Assembly: GCA_016618085.1 (NCBI GenBank) | Contig: JABLTG010000155.1 | Location: 1-44,785, forward strand | Length of the DNA stretch: 44,785 nt | Direction: 5' to 3' | DNA from: Neovahlkampfia damariscottae | Taxonomy: Eukaryota | Shown: in pieces, positions 31,901 through 42,866 of the stretch | Layout of the letters: the number at the start of each line of letters is the position of its first letter | Position numbering within the stretch: position 1 is the stretch's first letter | Notes under the pieces: generated by a model | The model's input: only the letters and a program-made list of their open reading frames with translations | What the model was told of the DNA's origin: nothing | Database searches by the model: none | Made by a program: the position numbers and the translations under genes

Positions 31901-32079
31901 AGAAGTATTCCTGGCGCATCTATTGTTCATTGAGCACCAAACTATCAAAAATCAGAATTATTCACAATAATACCACATGAATTGGATGTGCAATCAAAAC
32001 AATTTGAAAAATCATCACAAGTTGAACAAAACAAAAATAACGTGGCAACAATGAAGCATTGAAGCAAAAACAATTTCAT
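28983..32079 (-). CDS. OSCA/TMEM63 (CSC1)-like channel with signal peptide and PSI-like extracellular N-terminus; introns 31942-31973, 31655-31689, 29771-29798, 29573-29610
   Basis: The spliced frame is open from MKLFLLQCFIVATLFLFCST. PSI-like CDDFSNCFDCTSNSCVWCSMNNRC. OSCA-like GTEYYFHIRF, ERTIEIRNV, GTGFAYVTF, ATDIKMENL, IIPVLVPIGFIYYFLKYFHD. Confidence 0.78.
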
Positions 32080-32205
32080 TGGTCGAAAAAATAAACTTCT
32101 GTCTGAGATTTATTTTCCAATTCAAAGTGAAAAAAATAATATTGATTTGGATTTGTCTAAAAGTAGGTTTTTGTAGAAAAAATGAACCAATCAGCAGTTT
32201 TTATC
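32080..32205. promoter_or_regulatory. Divergent promoter between OSCA-like and C2 genes with ATTGG/CCAAT boxes
   Basis: ATTGG at 32078 and CCAATCA at 32187 between head-to-head ATGs. Confidence 0.5.
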
Positions 32206-34050
32206 ATGTCAACAAGACGAAGACGTTCTTCATTAGCCGAGTTAATAACCACCAACTCTTTTAAAAAAATGTTTACCTCATCTACAACAGATACCAGAGG
32301 TCCATATTTTCTTATCAAGTTGATTCAAGGCAAAAACCTTCCTATTAGAGATTATACAGGTTATTTAAAAAATACACTAATTTTCAGGCTTTTCTGATCC
32401 GTATGTCATTTTTATAGCTGGGTCTAGCCAGATAAGAAGCTCAGTAAAAATTAAAAATTTGAATCCTGTTTGGAATGAAGACTTAAAGTTAACTGTAAAT
32501 TATCAACACCTTCAGGAAAATGGAAATATGATAATAGAATGCTGGGATTTAGATTACTTAAAAAGAGATGATTATATGGGACAGGTGTTGTTTTCTTTGT
32601 CAGATTTGAAAGAAGGCGAAACTGTTAAGAAAATTGTAAAATTACAGGATGTTGAAAGTGGTACTCTAGAATTCGAAATAACAGGATTTGATTTGGATTA
32701 TGATAACTCTACTGAGTTTAAAGATGAAGAAAAAAAACCAAAATCACCTGCAGAAGTTGCATTATTCAAACTACAGAAATCAGCTGCTTATAAAAATCAA
32801 AAGCCAGAACATTTAGCAATTTTTGGAGATATACTAACATCAAAAGAAAAATTAAAAGACAAATATTTGTCAACAGATTGGGCAGCGACAATAGAACAAC
32901 AACAATTCTTAAGAAAAACTTTATCATCAGTTCCTGATTTAGATATTGAAGCTTTTGAAAGAAAACTGGATAAATTTGAAATTGATGAAATTATGAAGAA
33001 TGATTTTTTTGATGAGGATGACATGGAAAAAGAGTTCACTTTTTTTTATTTTTTAACATTTTTTTAGACTTGAATCTGAGGTTAAAATTAAATTAGTTTT
33101 GATTGATCAACACATGAATTCTGATATACAACAAAGTTTAAGAAAGTTTTTATCACCTATTGCGAATGAATTTAAGTTATCACCTTTGGGTATTTTTCAC
33201 ACAGCTTTGATGTAAATTTTTTTTTTTTTTTTCATTTTTAGGATTGGTCCTTGGTTGATAGATTGGAATGATAGTGCTTTATGTATTCCTAGGAAGTGTG
33301 TTTCAAGAGCTGCTTTTGTTTCAATTAATCTTGACACAATTCAAACATTAGAAGGTTTAGAAATAGTTGTAGATAAAGTTGCAAATTCAGTTGCTAAATG
33401 GAATGGAACCAAGTTTTATTCTGCTTTTCCTGGTAAAACATCTTTTTTTTCTAATTTTTAAAGGTAAAAAACATGCTGGAAATTGTCAAGAATTTGTTGA
33501 AAATGTAATCAACGAAATCGGTGTAAAAATAGATTTAGATGGTGCAATTGCTGCTTATATGAATAAAATCAAACAAACTGGAAAACTTCGTTTGGAATTT
33601 ATAATCAAAAAAAAATTTCAAAAAAAATTCTTTTTGGATAAAACATCTTACACTTTCCATACACATGAAGAATTAGATAAATTTGTAGCTCATTTGATAG
33701 ATGTTGATCCAAGTTTAGAAGTCAACCATCCAACACATTGGGAACTATTGAAAGGATTTGATAGAGCTTTCTGGATGAGACACAAAAAATGTGAAGGTGA
33801 AAAAAAAGAATTAGAAGAAAAAGCATTGAAATATTCATTATTACTTGAGGATTTAAAAAAAGAAGATCAAGAAAGAGTTCAAGAAAGAATTGATGAAATT
33901 AAAGAGGCAATTCAAGACATAGAATTCAGTCAAACTAAAATATCACCAATGAAGTCTGTAGAGAAATCAATTCAAGTAGAGTGTTGTCCTTTTGAAAACC
34001 CTTCAAAAACAAAATCTTTTTGGGTTTCTCAAAAAGGAATAAACCTTTAA
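32206..34050 (+). CDS. C2 domain + PPPDE/permuted papain-like domain protein (paralog 2); introns 32360-32387, 33034-33067, 33212-33241, 33433-33463
   Basis: GKNLPIRDYTGFSDPY...NLNPVWNE...ECWDLDYLKRDDYMG (C2 with acidic loop residues), then GIFHTALMIGPW and GNCQEF. ATG 32182 is an alternative start. Confidence 0.75.
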
Positions 34051-34099
34051 ATTTTTCATAAAAGAGATGATTTTTAGGGTTTTTAATTTACAGATAAGT

Positions 34100-34826
34100 T
34101 TATTTTGTTTTTGCTGATACTGATTTTGAATCTTCAAAATACATCAAATCGATTAAAAACGTTGAAGAAAAAATTAAAATTTTTTCATTCAAAGACAAGT
34201 CATCATCAAAGTTCACAGTAAAATTATCTGAATCAGTAAACATTTCTTTGATTAATCCTGAAAATTCTTTATGAACTTTTCCAACTTGTTTTTCATTTTT
34301 GTGAATGTTAAATGTCCAAGGAGCAGTTCTGTCAAAATATGTAAAAGTAAAAAAAATTTGAACAATAAAATACTTACATATTTCCTGATATTTTTGATAG
34401 GAGTTTATCATTTTGATCATAAAGCAAATATTCTCTTGTAAAAATTGTGAATTGTGTTTCAACTTTTCCAATATATTTTCTTTCTTCATTTGTTTCATCA
34501 TAAACTTTTAATTCAGGACAAAAGAAAGCAAAAGGTCTTTCTAATGATAAGATTTTTTTACCATTGAAAAAAACACCAAAAATCAAAGTTCTCGAAGGTC
34601 TGAAAAAATTTAAAAATTTTTTTTTGTCAAACCCTAAAACCCATCTTTGAAAAGTATCTGATATTTCTGCTATTTTCAACTCTTCTCCTTTTTCCATCTT
34701 GGTTGTGTATTTGTTGATAAATTCAAAACCAGTAACCACTTCAAGTAAATTTGTTGCTTGTTTCACCATCAAAGAATTATTATTCTTGAACAAATTCTCC
34801 AAGACCTTTGATTTTTCTTCTTGCAT
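34100..34826 (-). CDS. Phospholipid scramblase family protein; introns 34600-34632 (in frame), 34329-34377
   Basis: VKQATNLLEVVTGFEFINKY, LSLERPF, VGKVHKEFSGLIKEMFTDSDNFTVNF, FLIDLMYFE. Confidence 0.88.
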
Positions 34827-34890
34827 CTTTTTGAAATTGATGTCTTGACTAATACTTCCACCAATCAATTACTTCCACTTGTTGTTCTGC
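34827..34890. promoter_or_regulatory. 64-bp divergent promoter between scramblase and GT61 with central CCAATCA
   Basis: Head-to-head ATGs at 34826 (-) and 34891 (+); CCAATCA at 34861. Confidence 0.55.
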
Positions 34891-36285
34891 ATGAAGACTT
34901 TGCTTCTCTTTTTCATTTTTTTTGTTTATGTCAAAACAGAATCAATTGATTTAGTTACAACTCACATCAAAGAAAATGGTACAAAACCATACTCACAAGT
35001 TGAATTAGGTTCAAATTTTTGTCTTTCTGGATTTGACCCATCTGGAGAAGAAACTTTACAAAAATGTGAAAAAAGATTCACAAATATTTTGCCTTATATT
35101 CATGAAAATCATAGTTTGACTCATGATCATGAAAGATTCATGACAAAATACCCTAATCCTGTTTTTCTCAGAAATGAAAAAAGTTTGAAGTGCAAAGACT
35201 GGACTTGGAGATTTTTATGTGATAAAGGAGCAACTATTGAACCAGAATGGTTTGAAAAATTGACTAATTTTTGAAGGTGTGGTGCTCATAATACTAAATT
35301 ATTTTTGTTAAAATTTCGTAGTGCTTCTGCTTCATATCAAAACGAAATTTCAGCATTTGGAAGGCCTATTTTAATAGATCCAGATGAAGCCTTTCATTAT
35401 ATGCATGATGATGATCGAATGAACCGTCATCGTCCTCCACCAAGATATGTTGCTAATCATGTTTTCAAAAAGTTAGCATCAATTGGACCTACAAGAGTTA
35501 CATGTCATTTTGGACAATGGCCTACAACAATTATCCCAAAAATCTTTTTTTTATTGAAATACACACCAAATGATGTTCCAATCTTGATTCCAGATTGCGT
35601 TAAGAAATTCAAAGAAGACATGGTGAGATATGGAGTATGGCCAAAAAATAGAAAATTCATCGTTCAAAAAAGAGATCATTTATACAAAGCTGATGAATTA
35701 TATTCATATTTTGTACCTGCAAGTCATAAGGTTCATCGTACAACTGAATTTGTTCCTCATTTAGTTCAAGAAATGCACGAAATTTTATTAAAATCAATGA
35801 AGGAGAAACCGCAAGATTATATTTTAATCCCTTTGAGGAATATTCATCCAGATCCAAGTAAAGATCCGGAAGGTGGTCAATTAAGAAAAATTGAAAATCT
35901 CTCATCTTTAATTTCAAGATTGAAAGAAGAATTTCCAGAATACAAAATCAAAACAGTTGCTCCTCATCTGTTATCAAATTACTATGAACAAGGGAGATTA
36001 TTTTTCAATGCAAAATTGATCATTACTCCACATTCAGCTTCTGAATCAAATTTGATTTGGGCGCGTAAAGGAACAAAAATTATTGAAGGTAAAAATTTTG
36101 AAAGTGTTTAATTATTTTTAATAGCTCAATGGGAGCAATTTGCTGCAATTCAATATTATTGTTTGTCCAGAATTTTAGGTTTAGAATGGGGAACAGTACT
36201 TTCCAAAAGTAATTATCAAGTAAAAACTGAAATGCCAGTGGAAGATGTGATTTTGATGGCAAAAAAATTACTAAAAAAAAAATAA
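34891..36285 (+). CDS. Glycosyltransferase family 61 (DUF563)-like protein with signal peptide/anchor; introns 35250-35276, 36089-36124
   Basis: Hydrophobic N-terminus; HFGQWPTTIIPKI, RKIENL, EQGRLFFNAKLIITPHSASESNLIW...GTKIIE. After splicing, YYCLSRILGL continues to TAA 36283-36285. Confidence 0.78.
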
Positions 36286-36385
36286 AATTTCTAACAACTT
36301 CCCTTTTATTCATTGAGTCCTTCCAAACACAAGATGTTTCAAACAGAAAACATGTCAGAGTATAATGTTTTGAAATCAAGAAAAT

Positions 36386-37044
36386 TTATTCAAATTCAAA
36401 AAAGTCTTCTTCTTCTTCTTCTTCTAGAGAATTTGATGATCCAATTTCTTTTTGATATTTCTTGAAGGGGAACGCTTTCACTTTCTTTTGAACTGTTTTG
36501 TATTTAGTGCATCTCCACCAAGTCTTTCTGACACATTTTCTTGAAGTTGGAATGAAAACTTGATACTTGTTTGAATTTTGATTTTTAATGAGAAGATCTA
36601 GTTTAATTGCCCAAGGATGGTTCTCTCTTTTGAGTTCTTTAATAATGCTAAACAAGAACAACGATGATAATCGGGACAGTTTCTGGGAAGAAAATATTTA
36701 GAACAATTTTTATATACCTTGTACATCTTCTAGAGAGCCTGGTTTCTTGTTTCACACAAACTTTTCTATGAAGTGTTAATGTACTACAAAATATTTTACG
36801 TGTAAGCATTTTTTTCACCTGCTTTATATCCAAGATTAGGTTGTTTTGGAATAATGTTTTGTGAAGGATATCCTGAGTAATACCCTGATTTCACAGGTAA
36901 ATAACATTTGTAAGCTGTTTTTGGTTTTGCAAGCGTTCTGTTTTTTGTCCTTTTTCCAGGTGCGATTGCGGAAACATACTTAGCACCTGTGCTACAAAAA
37001 TATGTGCCAACAAACATTAAAATAATGATTAGAATTTTGTTCAT
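36386..37044 (-). CDS. Putative secreted basic Cys-containing protein; model unresolved (needs about two 1-nt frameshifts; possibly a pseudogene)
   Basis: Signal peptide MNKILIIILMFVGTYFC, two similar motifs RKVCVKQETRLSRRCTR and RKCVRKTWWRCTKY, acidic tail. The likely introns do not give a single open frame. Confidence 0.4.
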
Positions 37045-37146
37045 GATGTTCTGAGAATGGATGGTTTTGATTGGATCAACAATTAATAATTTTACCAATT
37101 TGGATTCGAAAAATTTGGAAAATTTCATGGACCAAAACAAATGATT

Positions 37147-38042
37147 TTATTCAAATAAGTCATGAGTTTTGAAAGCTCTTTCATGTTCAGCTTTTACTTC
37201 TTCATCATTTGGAAAATCTACAAAAAATTTAGAATTTTTTTTTTCAGTTGTTTTTTACCTTTGTACATTTTTACTTTTCCAAATGATTTTAAGTCAGATA
37301 ATACTTTTTTATAACTGTGCCATCTTGATGTTTTGAAACAATTTCTATGATTAAAAGGTGGTAAAACCATATGAAGATGTAAATGTTTAACACTGACAGG
37401 AAAATTAAAACCACAAGTCAATAAATCCTCCAAGTTATAATCTTTAAATTGTTCTAAATTTCTTCTTTTAAAATCTCTAACTCCTTCTTTGTACATTTCT
37501 TCAAGTAATTCAATGTGAGTTGAATTAAGACATGATATATCTTCAATGACAACAATTGGAATAACATCAATATGATTTTTTGATACAGCATACTTATCTT
37601 CAAATAATAATAATTTTTCGTTTCTAAATAAAATGGGAGTTTCTGTATAACGACCTTCAATAATGTCCAAAAAAATGTTTGAAGGTAATTTTTGAATATC
37701 CCATTCATGACATTCAAAATAACATCTAGTACAATTTTTAGCACCTATTCTGTTTGGTTTATCACAAGCACGACAGAGCAACCCATATTCTGTTTTTTCT
37801 TCTTTTTTGAAGGTTTTTTTATTTTCTTCTCTTTCTTGGTTTATAATATCATATTCTTTTTCTGTGTAGTCTTTCCAGTGGTCTTTAAATCTACACTTCA
37901 AATCTGACATTGCTTTGTTTTCCAAAAATTGTTTTGTTTCTCCACCAATAAAATTATTTCTTGAAGAATTAAAATAAAATTTTTGTGAAAGCAACAATTT
38001 AATATTCTTGTTTTTCAACTGTTGTTTTAAAATACTGAACAT
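37147..38042 (-). CDS. HIT-family (HINT3/DcpS-C-like) hydrolase with C4 zinc finger and predicted mitochondrial presequence; intron 37218-37258
   Basis: CRAC-x10-CTRC finger, FEDKYAVSKNHIDVIP, GFNFPVSVKHLHLHMV histidine triad, basic acid-free N-terminus. Confidence 0.8.
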
Positions 38043-38068
38043 TGATTCGTCAAAAAAACCAAAAATTT

Positions 38069-38927
38069 TTATTCATCTTCCTTAACAATTTGAGGGAAAA
38101 AGAAATTAAAACCTTGTTCATTATAGTGAAATTTATAATTATTACACTTCAAATAAATCAATAAAACCAAAATTCCAAATCTATAAATTCCCAAACAAGT
38201 TCCTAAATGCCATAGAGAATGAAAGTAATAATTTTCGACTAATTCACAATTGAAATTTTCAATATTCCAAAGAGCAAATGAAACAATCATTAAAATAGCA
38301 GCTGTGAACCATAACCTCAATCCACCTGAAAATTTTCTTGCTCTGTTGATCAACATGAAAAATACTGTTGTTAAAATAACAGTAAAGGTAGCAAAAAAAA
38401 ATGTTGGGTTATCTGGGTAATAAATCATTGTAAAAGTAACAGACATTGAAAAAATGAAACTAATCATTCCAACAATCAACTTTTTTAAAAATCCTGTATT
38501 CTTATCATTACATAATGCGCAATAAAAAATGATACTAATACCATAAATCATTGGAAATTCATCAAATAATTGTGCTGCTCTCTTTAAAGTTCCGTGAAAT
38601 AAAATTGTTCCCTTTGAATTTTGTGTTAAAAATTATTTTTTTTTTTTACTAAAGCAACAGCCAGAAAAACCAAGTTCAAAATATAAAATCTCATAGGTGC
38701 TATTTTTACACTTTTTATTTGTTGATAATTGATGTATGCAGCAAAAACATAAAAAAAAGCAGTGAATGTGTTTACAGTTTCTGCAACATATGGTGTATGA
38801 AGATAATTTGCTTCACACCAATCAACAGAAGAAGTTGATGGACTCCAATATCCAGTTCCTATTGAATTTGTTAAAAATAAAGAAATTAACTTTGTGCGTC
38901 TTGCACGTTGAATTGCATTGCAGACAT
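38069..38927 (-). CDS. Alkaline ceramidase (ACER3/YPC1-like, CREST family); introns 38859-38890, 38612-38649
   Basis: GYWSPSTSSVDWCEANY...AETVNTFT, GTILFHGTL...QLFDEFPMIY, WNIENFNC, HSLWHLGT. Confidence 0.9.
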
Positions 38928-39071
38928 TCTTCTGTTTTTATTGGTTAGTTTCAAACTAAGTTTATCCGTAATTTGAACAGAAAACTTCAAGATTGTTTTT
39001 ATTATTTTACATTGATTTCAAACAGTTTTCCCATCGATTCTTTTTCATCCAATCATTTAGTTTCTTGTAAA

Positions 39072-40163
39072 ATGGAAGATGAAGAATATTTGTTGGATGA
39101 TTTTCAAGACTCATCGGAAAAAAAACTCAAAAAGAAGATATTTCAATGTATATCAATAGGACTCATTTTTGGAATTATTGCTCTTTTTCTTGCTGGCATT
39201 ATTATTTATCAAGTTTATTTTGACTTAATGCAAGACAAAAAATCTATTCATTTTATTGTATTTGGAGATTATGGAAATTATGGCAGAGGAAATCAAAAAC
39301 TTGTTGCTGATAGAATTGGAAGTTGGTGTAAAACTCACACTTGTGAATTTATTGTAACAACAGGAGATAATTTTTATCCAAATGGTACAAAAACAGTTTT
39401 TGATGAACATTGGCAGAAATCATTTGAACAAGTATACAATCATGAAACAATTGCCCATATTCCATTTTACGCAGTTTTAGGAAATCATGATTATAAAACT
39501 ATGCCTCAATCTCAAGTAGATTATTATTATTTCAAAAATGAGACGCGTTGGTACATGCCAAGTAGATATTATGATGTGAATGTCACAAAAAAATATCTTG
39601 ATAGAATTCTGAAAATTCAATTTTTAATGTTGGATACAACACCAATGACAGAATTATAGTATGTTCATTTTTTGAATTTTTAATGATATTTTAGTGATAA
39701 TACATCAAAAATAAACACAAGTGAATTAACCCCTCCAGGAAAACAATATGAATTCATCAATAGAACTTTGAATTCTTCACAAGATTTTGATTGGAGGTTT
39801 ATAGTTGGACATCATCCTCTTTATGTTTATCGAAATTATTCATTTTCACAATTACAAGATATCTATCCAGAATATATTTCTAAAATGAATCCAATTTTCA
39901 ATCAATCAAATATTCAAGCAATGTTTTCAGGTCATGCGCATCGAATGATGTACATGAAAGATAATGTAACAAAAACAGATCATTTCGTTTCAGGGGCAGG
40001 AGGAGGAACTAGAATAAAAGATGAATTCGTTCATCCATGGGAGCAACAGAGATTTGTTGAGCCAGGATTCATGTATGTGACTGTTTACAAACGATACATG
40101 GAAGTTTCAATCATAAATGATCAAGGAATTGTGAGATATAAACATGTCAGACAAAATGATTAA
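39072..40163 (+). CDS. Purple/tartrate-resistant acid phosphatase (ACP5-like) with type II membrane anchor; intron 39659-39694
   Basis: GDYG, GDNFY, VLGNHDY, VGHHP and SGHAH metallophosphoesterase motifs; one N-terminal TM segment. Confidence 0.9.
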
Positions 40164-40227
40164 AATTAATAAAAATTAATATACAAAATAGCTCTATTCT
40201 ACATCTCATTGATGAAATTATTTATTT

Positions 40228-40856
40228 TTACATTTGGAAATCATTTGATTGGTCTTCAAAAACTTCATTGTTCAAAAAATCAACAACTGGATCTATAAAA
40301 TAATCAGCATCCATCATAAAATCATCATTTAAATATTTTTGTTCAGGTTGATGATAGAATTGTGAAAATGAATTACTACCATGAAAAAATTGATTTTCCA
40401 TTTTATTATCAATTGTATCAAACGTTGCTTGATCAAAAGAAGTTGAATGAATAAGTCTTTGAGGTTGTTGAGGAGCAATAGAAGAGCCTTCTGGAGAATA
40501 AGCACTAAAAGTCCAAGATTGATTATCTTTTGGAGTTTTGGATTCTTTAAAATTACATCCAATTGCACGTTTTGTTCCGATATATTTGGGCACTGATCCT
40601 TTTTGTTTTGAGCCTCTTTTTTGGTTTTTTTTTATTTTTTTTTTTTTTACCTTTTTTTTGGAATATCATCCACACAGTCAATACCTAAGAACTGACATCT
40701 TAAACATGGTCTTACAAAACCACATTTTGTATGTTTGGATTTACAAGCTAAACATGCTTTTGTTGCTCTTTTTCTTCCTTCTGGGTATTCTTCTTTGAAT
40801 AAAGGAATCTCTTCTCTGATAAATTTTGTTTCCTTTCTATTTCCTTCGTTTGACAT
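40228..40856 (-). CDS. Zn(II)2Cys6 binuclear-cluster transcription factor; intron 40616-40650
   Basis: RKRATKACLACKSKHTKCGFVRPCLRCQFLGIDC (C-x2-C-x6-C-x5-C-x2-C-x6-C), PKKRG linker after splicing, acidic/aromatic C-terminal tail. Confidence 0.88.
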
Positions 40857-41212
40857 TCTTCTTCAATTTTTCTGTGTTGATTATCCAAAATTGTTTTTTG
40901 GCAAATATTGACCTTGTATTTGTTCTAATTTTAGTGATCACTTCAGGATGATAGAAAACTTATTTCTTTATTAATCCTTTGTTTTGTAACTTTTACCGAC
41001 ATTCATGCAATATTGTTGTCTCCATCGAAACTCATCAGTGATTGGTTTTTTTATTTTTGGTATTCAAAGAAAAAAAGAATAAATTCATTTCAAAAATTCA
41101 ATTTAAAAACCTAATTATCCAATTTAGTCAAATTTGCTAATTTCTAATCGCTAACATCCAATCAAAATCAATTAGTGACTCGTTTTCTGGTACTTTATAC
41201 CTAAAGGTCCAG

Positions 41213-42754
41213 ATGCCTAAGACCAAAGAAAAAGAAAAATTTCTGACAATGGAATTCAATGCCACTCTGATAAACAAGGAAATACGAGAAGCGTTCATTC
41301 AATTCTTGTCCACAGAAAAAAATACAAACAATTGGAACTTTATACTTTTAGCTCATCTACTTGGAACACATATTGAAAAGAAGAAATACAAACATGCCAT
41401 AGAAACAATGAATTCAATACTACATATTTTTTTTATTCAAGAAACCATCAAACTTCAGCTGAAATATCAAAACTCACAAGAAATTTGTTTTCAAATTCAA
41501 AAATGTTGGAAAAACAAAAAATTTAGTGAAGTTTCAACGCTAATTGATCTTTTAAAAGACATTTTAATTCAAGAATATCACAAATTTTTTTTTCCAAAAT
41601 TTTTATCACTTCCAAAGAGTTTGAAGTTGATTGAAAAATTTAGAAATGATGAAAAAATTATTATTCCAAAAATCACTCAAATATATGAATATACAGATGA
41701 TGATTTCATAGATGGGAAAATAACTCAAAAGGATATTGATTTTTTTGATGAGATTTCAAACGAAAAAAGTTTTGCTCAACCTGATATCAAAGTTGACAAT
41801 GTTGGTTTATTATTTTCAAATTATAATTATTTACCAAAATTAACGTTTATTGATGACGCTAAAATTATAAAATTTGATATAATTTTCAACTATCCATTGG
41901 AACAAACAGCTTGCGTACTGTTTGATAATTGTTTAGTGAATGATCCTCAACTGACAAATTATGATTTATTAAAGTATCATCCAAATGATTATTTTATTAT
42001 TCAATGTTATTCAAACACGTGGGGTATTGTGCCAACCATTAGAAAATCAGTATATTCCATTAAATACCAGAAAAAAAAAATAGATTTTTACGTCAAGCCT
42101 ATGAAGATTAAGGATATAGATTTTCATCAATACCAAATGTTGGATATCAAAGGAACAGATGGGAAAGTTGAAAAAAAATTAGGTATCCAAGAATTTCATT
42201 TCTCACACGTGGAGTTGATTCAATTGGAGGAAAACAAAACCTTAATGAAAGCAAATTTATTTCTTGGACTTGGGAAAAAAGCATGGGGCATTCCAAAGAA
42301 TGTATTAAGCCTGAAATTTCATGATTATTATACCAAAAATCTTGAAAAATTGAAAAAAACATGTGGTCGTGAAACTATTGATGATTACAAAAAACGATTC
42401 ACGAGAATGAAAAACGGGATTCCTTTGGATCCAGTAGGTAATTTAGTGTACGAAGTACACTCTAAATTACATAAAAAAGAAAATGAAAATCCAAAAAAGC
42501 AAAATTGTTTCTTGGAGAATATACTGTTGCAAAACGATTTGGAAATAATGGCAACTGCAACTCAGAAAATTGAAGTGCAAAAAGAAACTAAACTAGAAGA
42601 ACAATGTAAACAATTTCAAAATCAATTGTTTCTTTCAGAATTGAATGTAAATTCAAAACTAAATATGCAGTTGGGCGCTTTTGGAAATTCAATTTTCCGG
42701 AATATTTCTAAAATAGATGAATTAGTTTCATTTATTGAGGACGAATCGGAATAA
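41213..42754 (+). CDS. RGS-like + START-like domain protein (tandem paralog 1)
   Basis: FNATLINKEIREAFIQFLSTEKNTNNWNF...FFPKFL is RGS-like. KFDIIFNYPLEQ...VELIQLEENKTL...LGLG is helix-grip-like (weak). Confidence 0.55.
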   Translation: MPKTKEKEKFLTMEFNATLINKEIREAFIQFLSTEKNTNNWNFILLAHLLGTHIEKKKYKHAIETMNSILHIFFIQETIKLQLKYQNSQEICFQIQKCWKNKKFSEVSTLIDLLKDILIQEYHKFFFPKFLSLPKSLKLIEKFRNDEKIIIPKITQIYEYTDDDFIDGKITQKDIDFFDEISNEKSFAQPDIKVDNVGLLFSNYNYLPKLTFIDDAKIIKFDIIFNYPLEQTACVLFDNCLVNDPQLTNYDLLKYHPNDYFIIQCYSNTWGIVPTIRKSVYSIKYQKKKIDFYVKPMKIKDIDFHQYQMLDIKGTDGKVEKKLGIQEFHFSHVELIQLEENKTLMKANLFLGLGKKAWGIPKNVLSLKFHDYYTKNLEKLKKTCGRETIDDYKKRFTRMKNGIPLDPVGNLVYEVHSKLHKKENENPKKQNCFLENILLQNDLEIMATATQKIEVQKETKLEEQCKQFQNQLFLSELNVNSKLNMQLGAFGNSIFRNISKIDELVSFIEDESE

Positions 42755-42866
42755 AGATTTTATTTTTTGGAAAATTTCTTTTGTCCTAATTTGACAGAAT
42801 TTACAATTCTTTTACCCTGGTAGCGGTTAAAGTTGAAGGTTTGACTGACCAATCAAAAACTTTCTC

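Noticed and set aside
36784..36799. 16-nt intron GTAAAATATTTTGTAG that would restore frame
   Set aside because: Far below the 27-49 nt range seen elsewhere, and a second frameshift would remain; unsupported without RNA data.
449..37044. Programmed frameshifting, RNA editing or a variant genetic code to explain broken ORFs
   Set aside because: Almost all breaks resolve as canonical introns under the standard code. The remaining lesions (Aurora, 10240-11008, 36386-37044, transposons) share no common motif and fit decay or assembly error.
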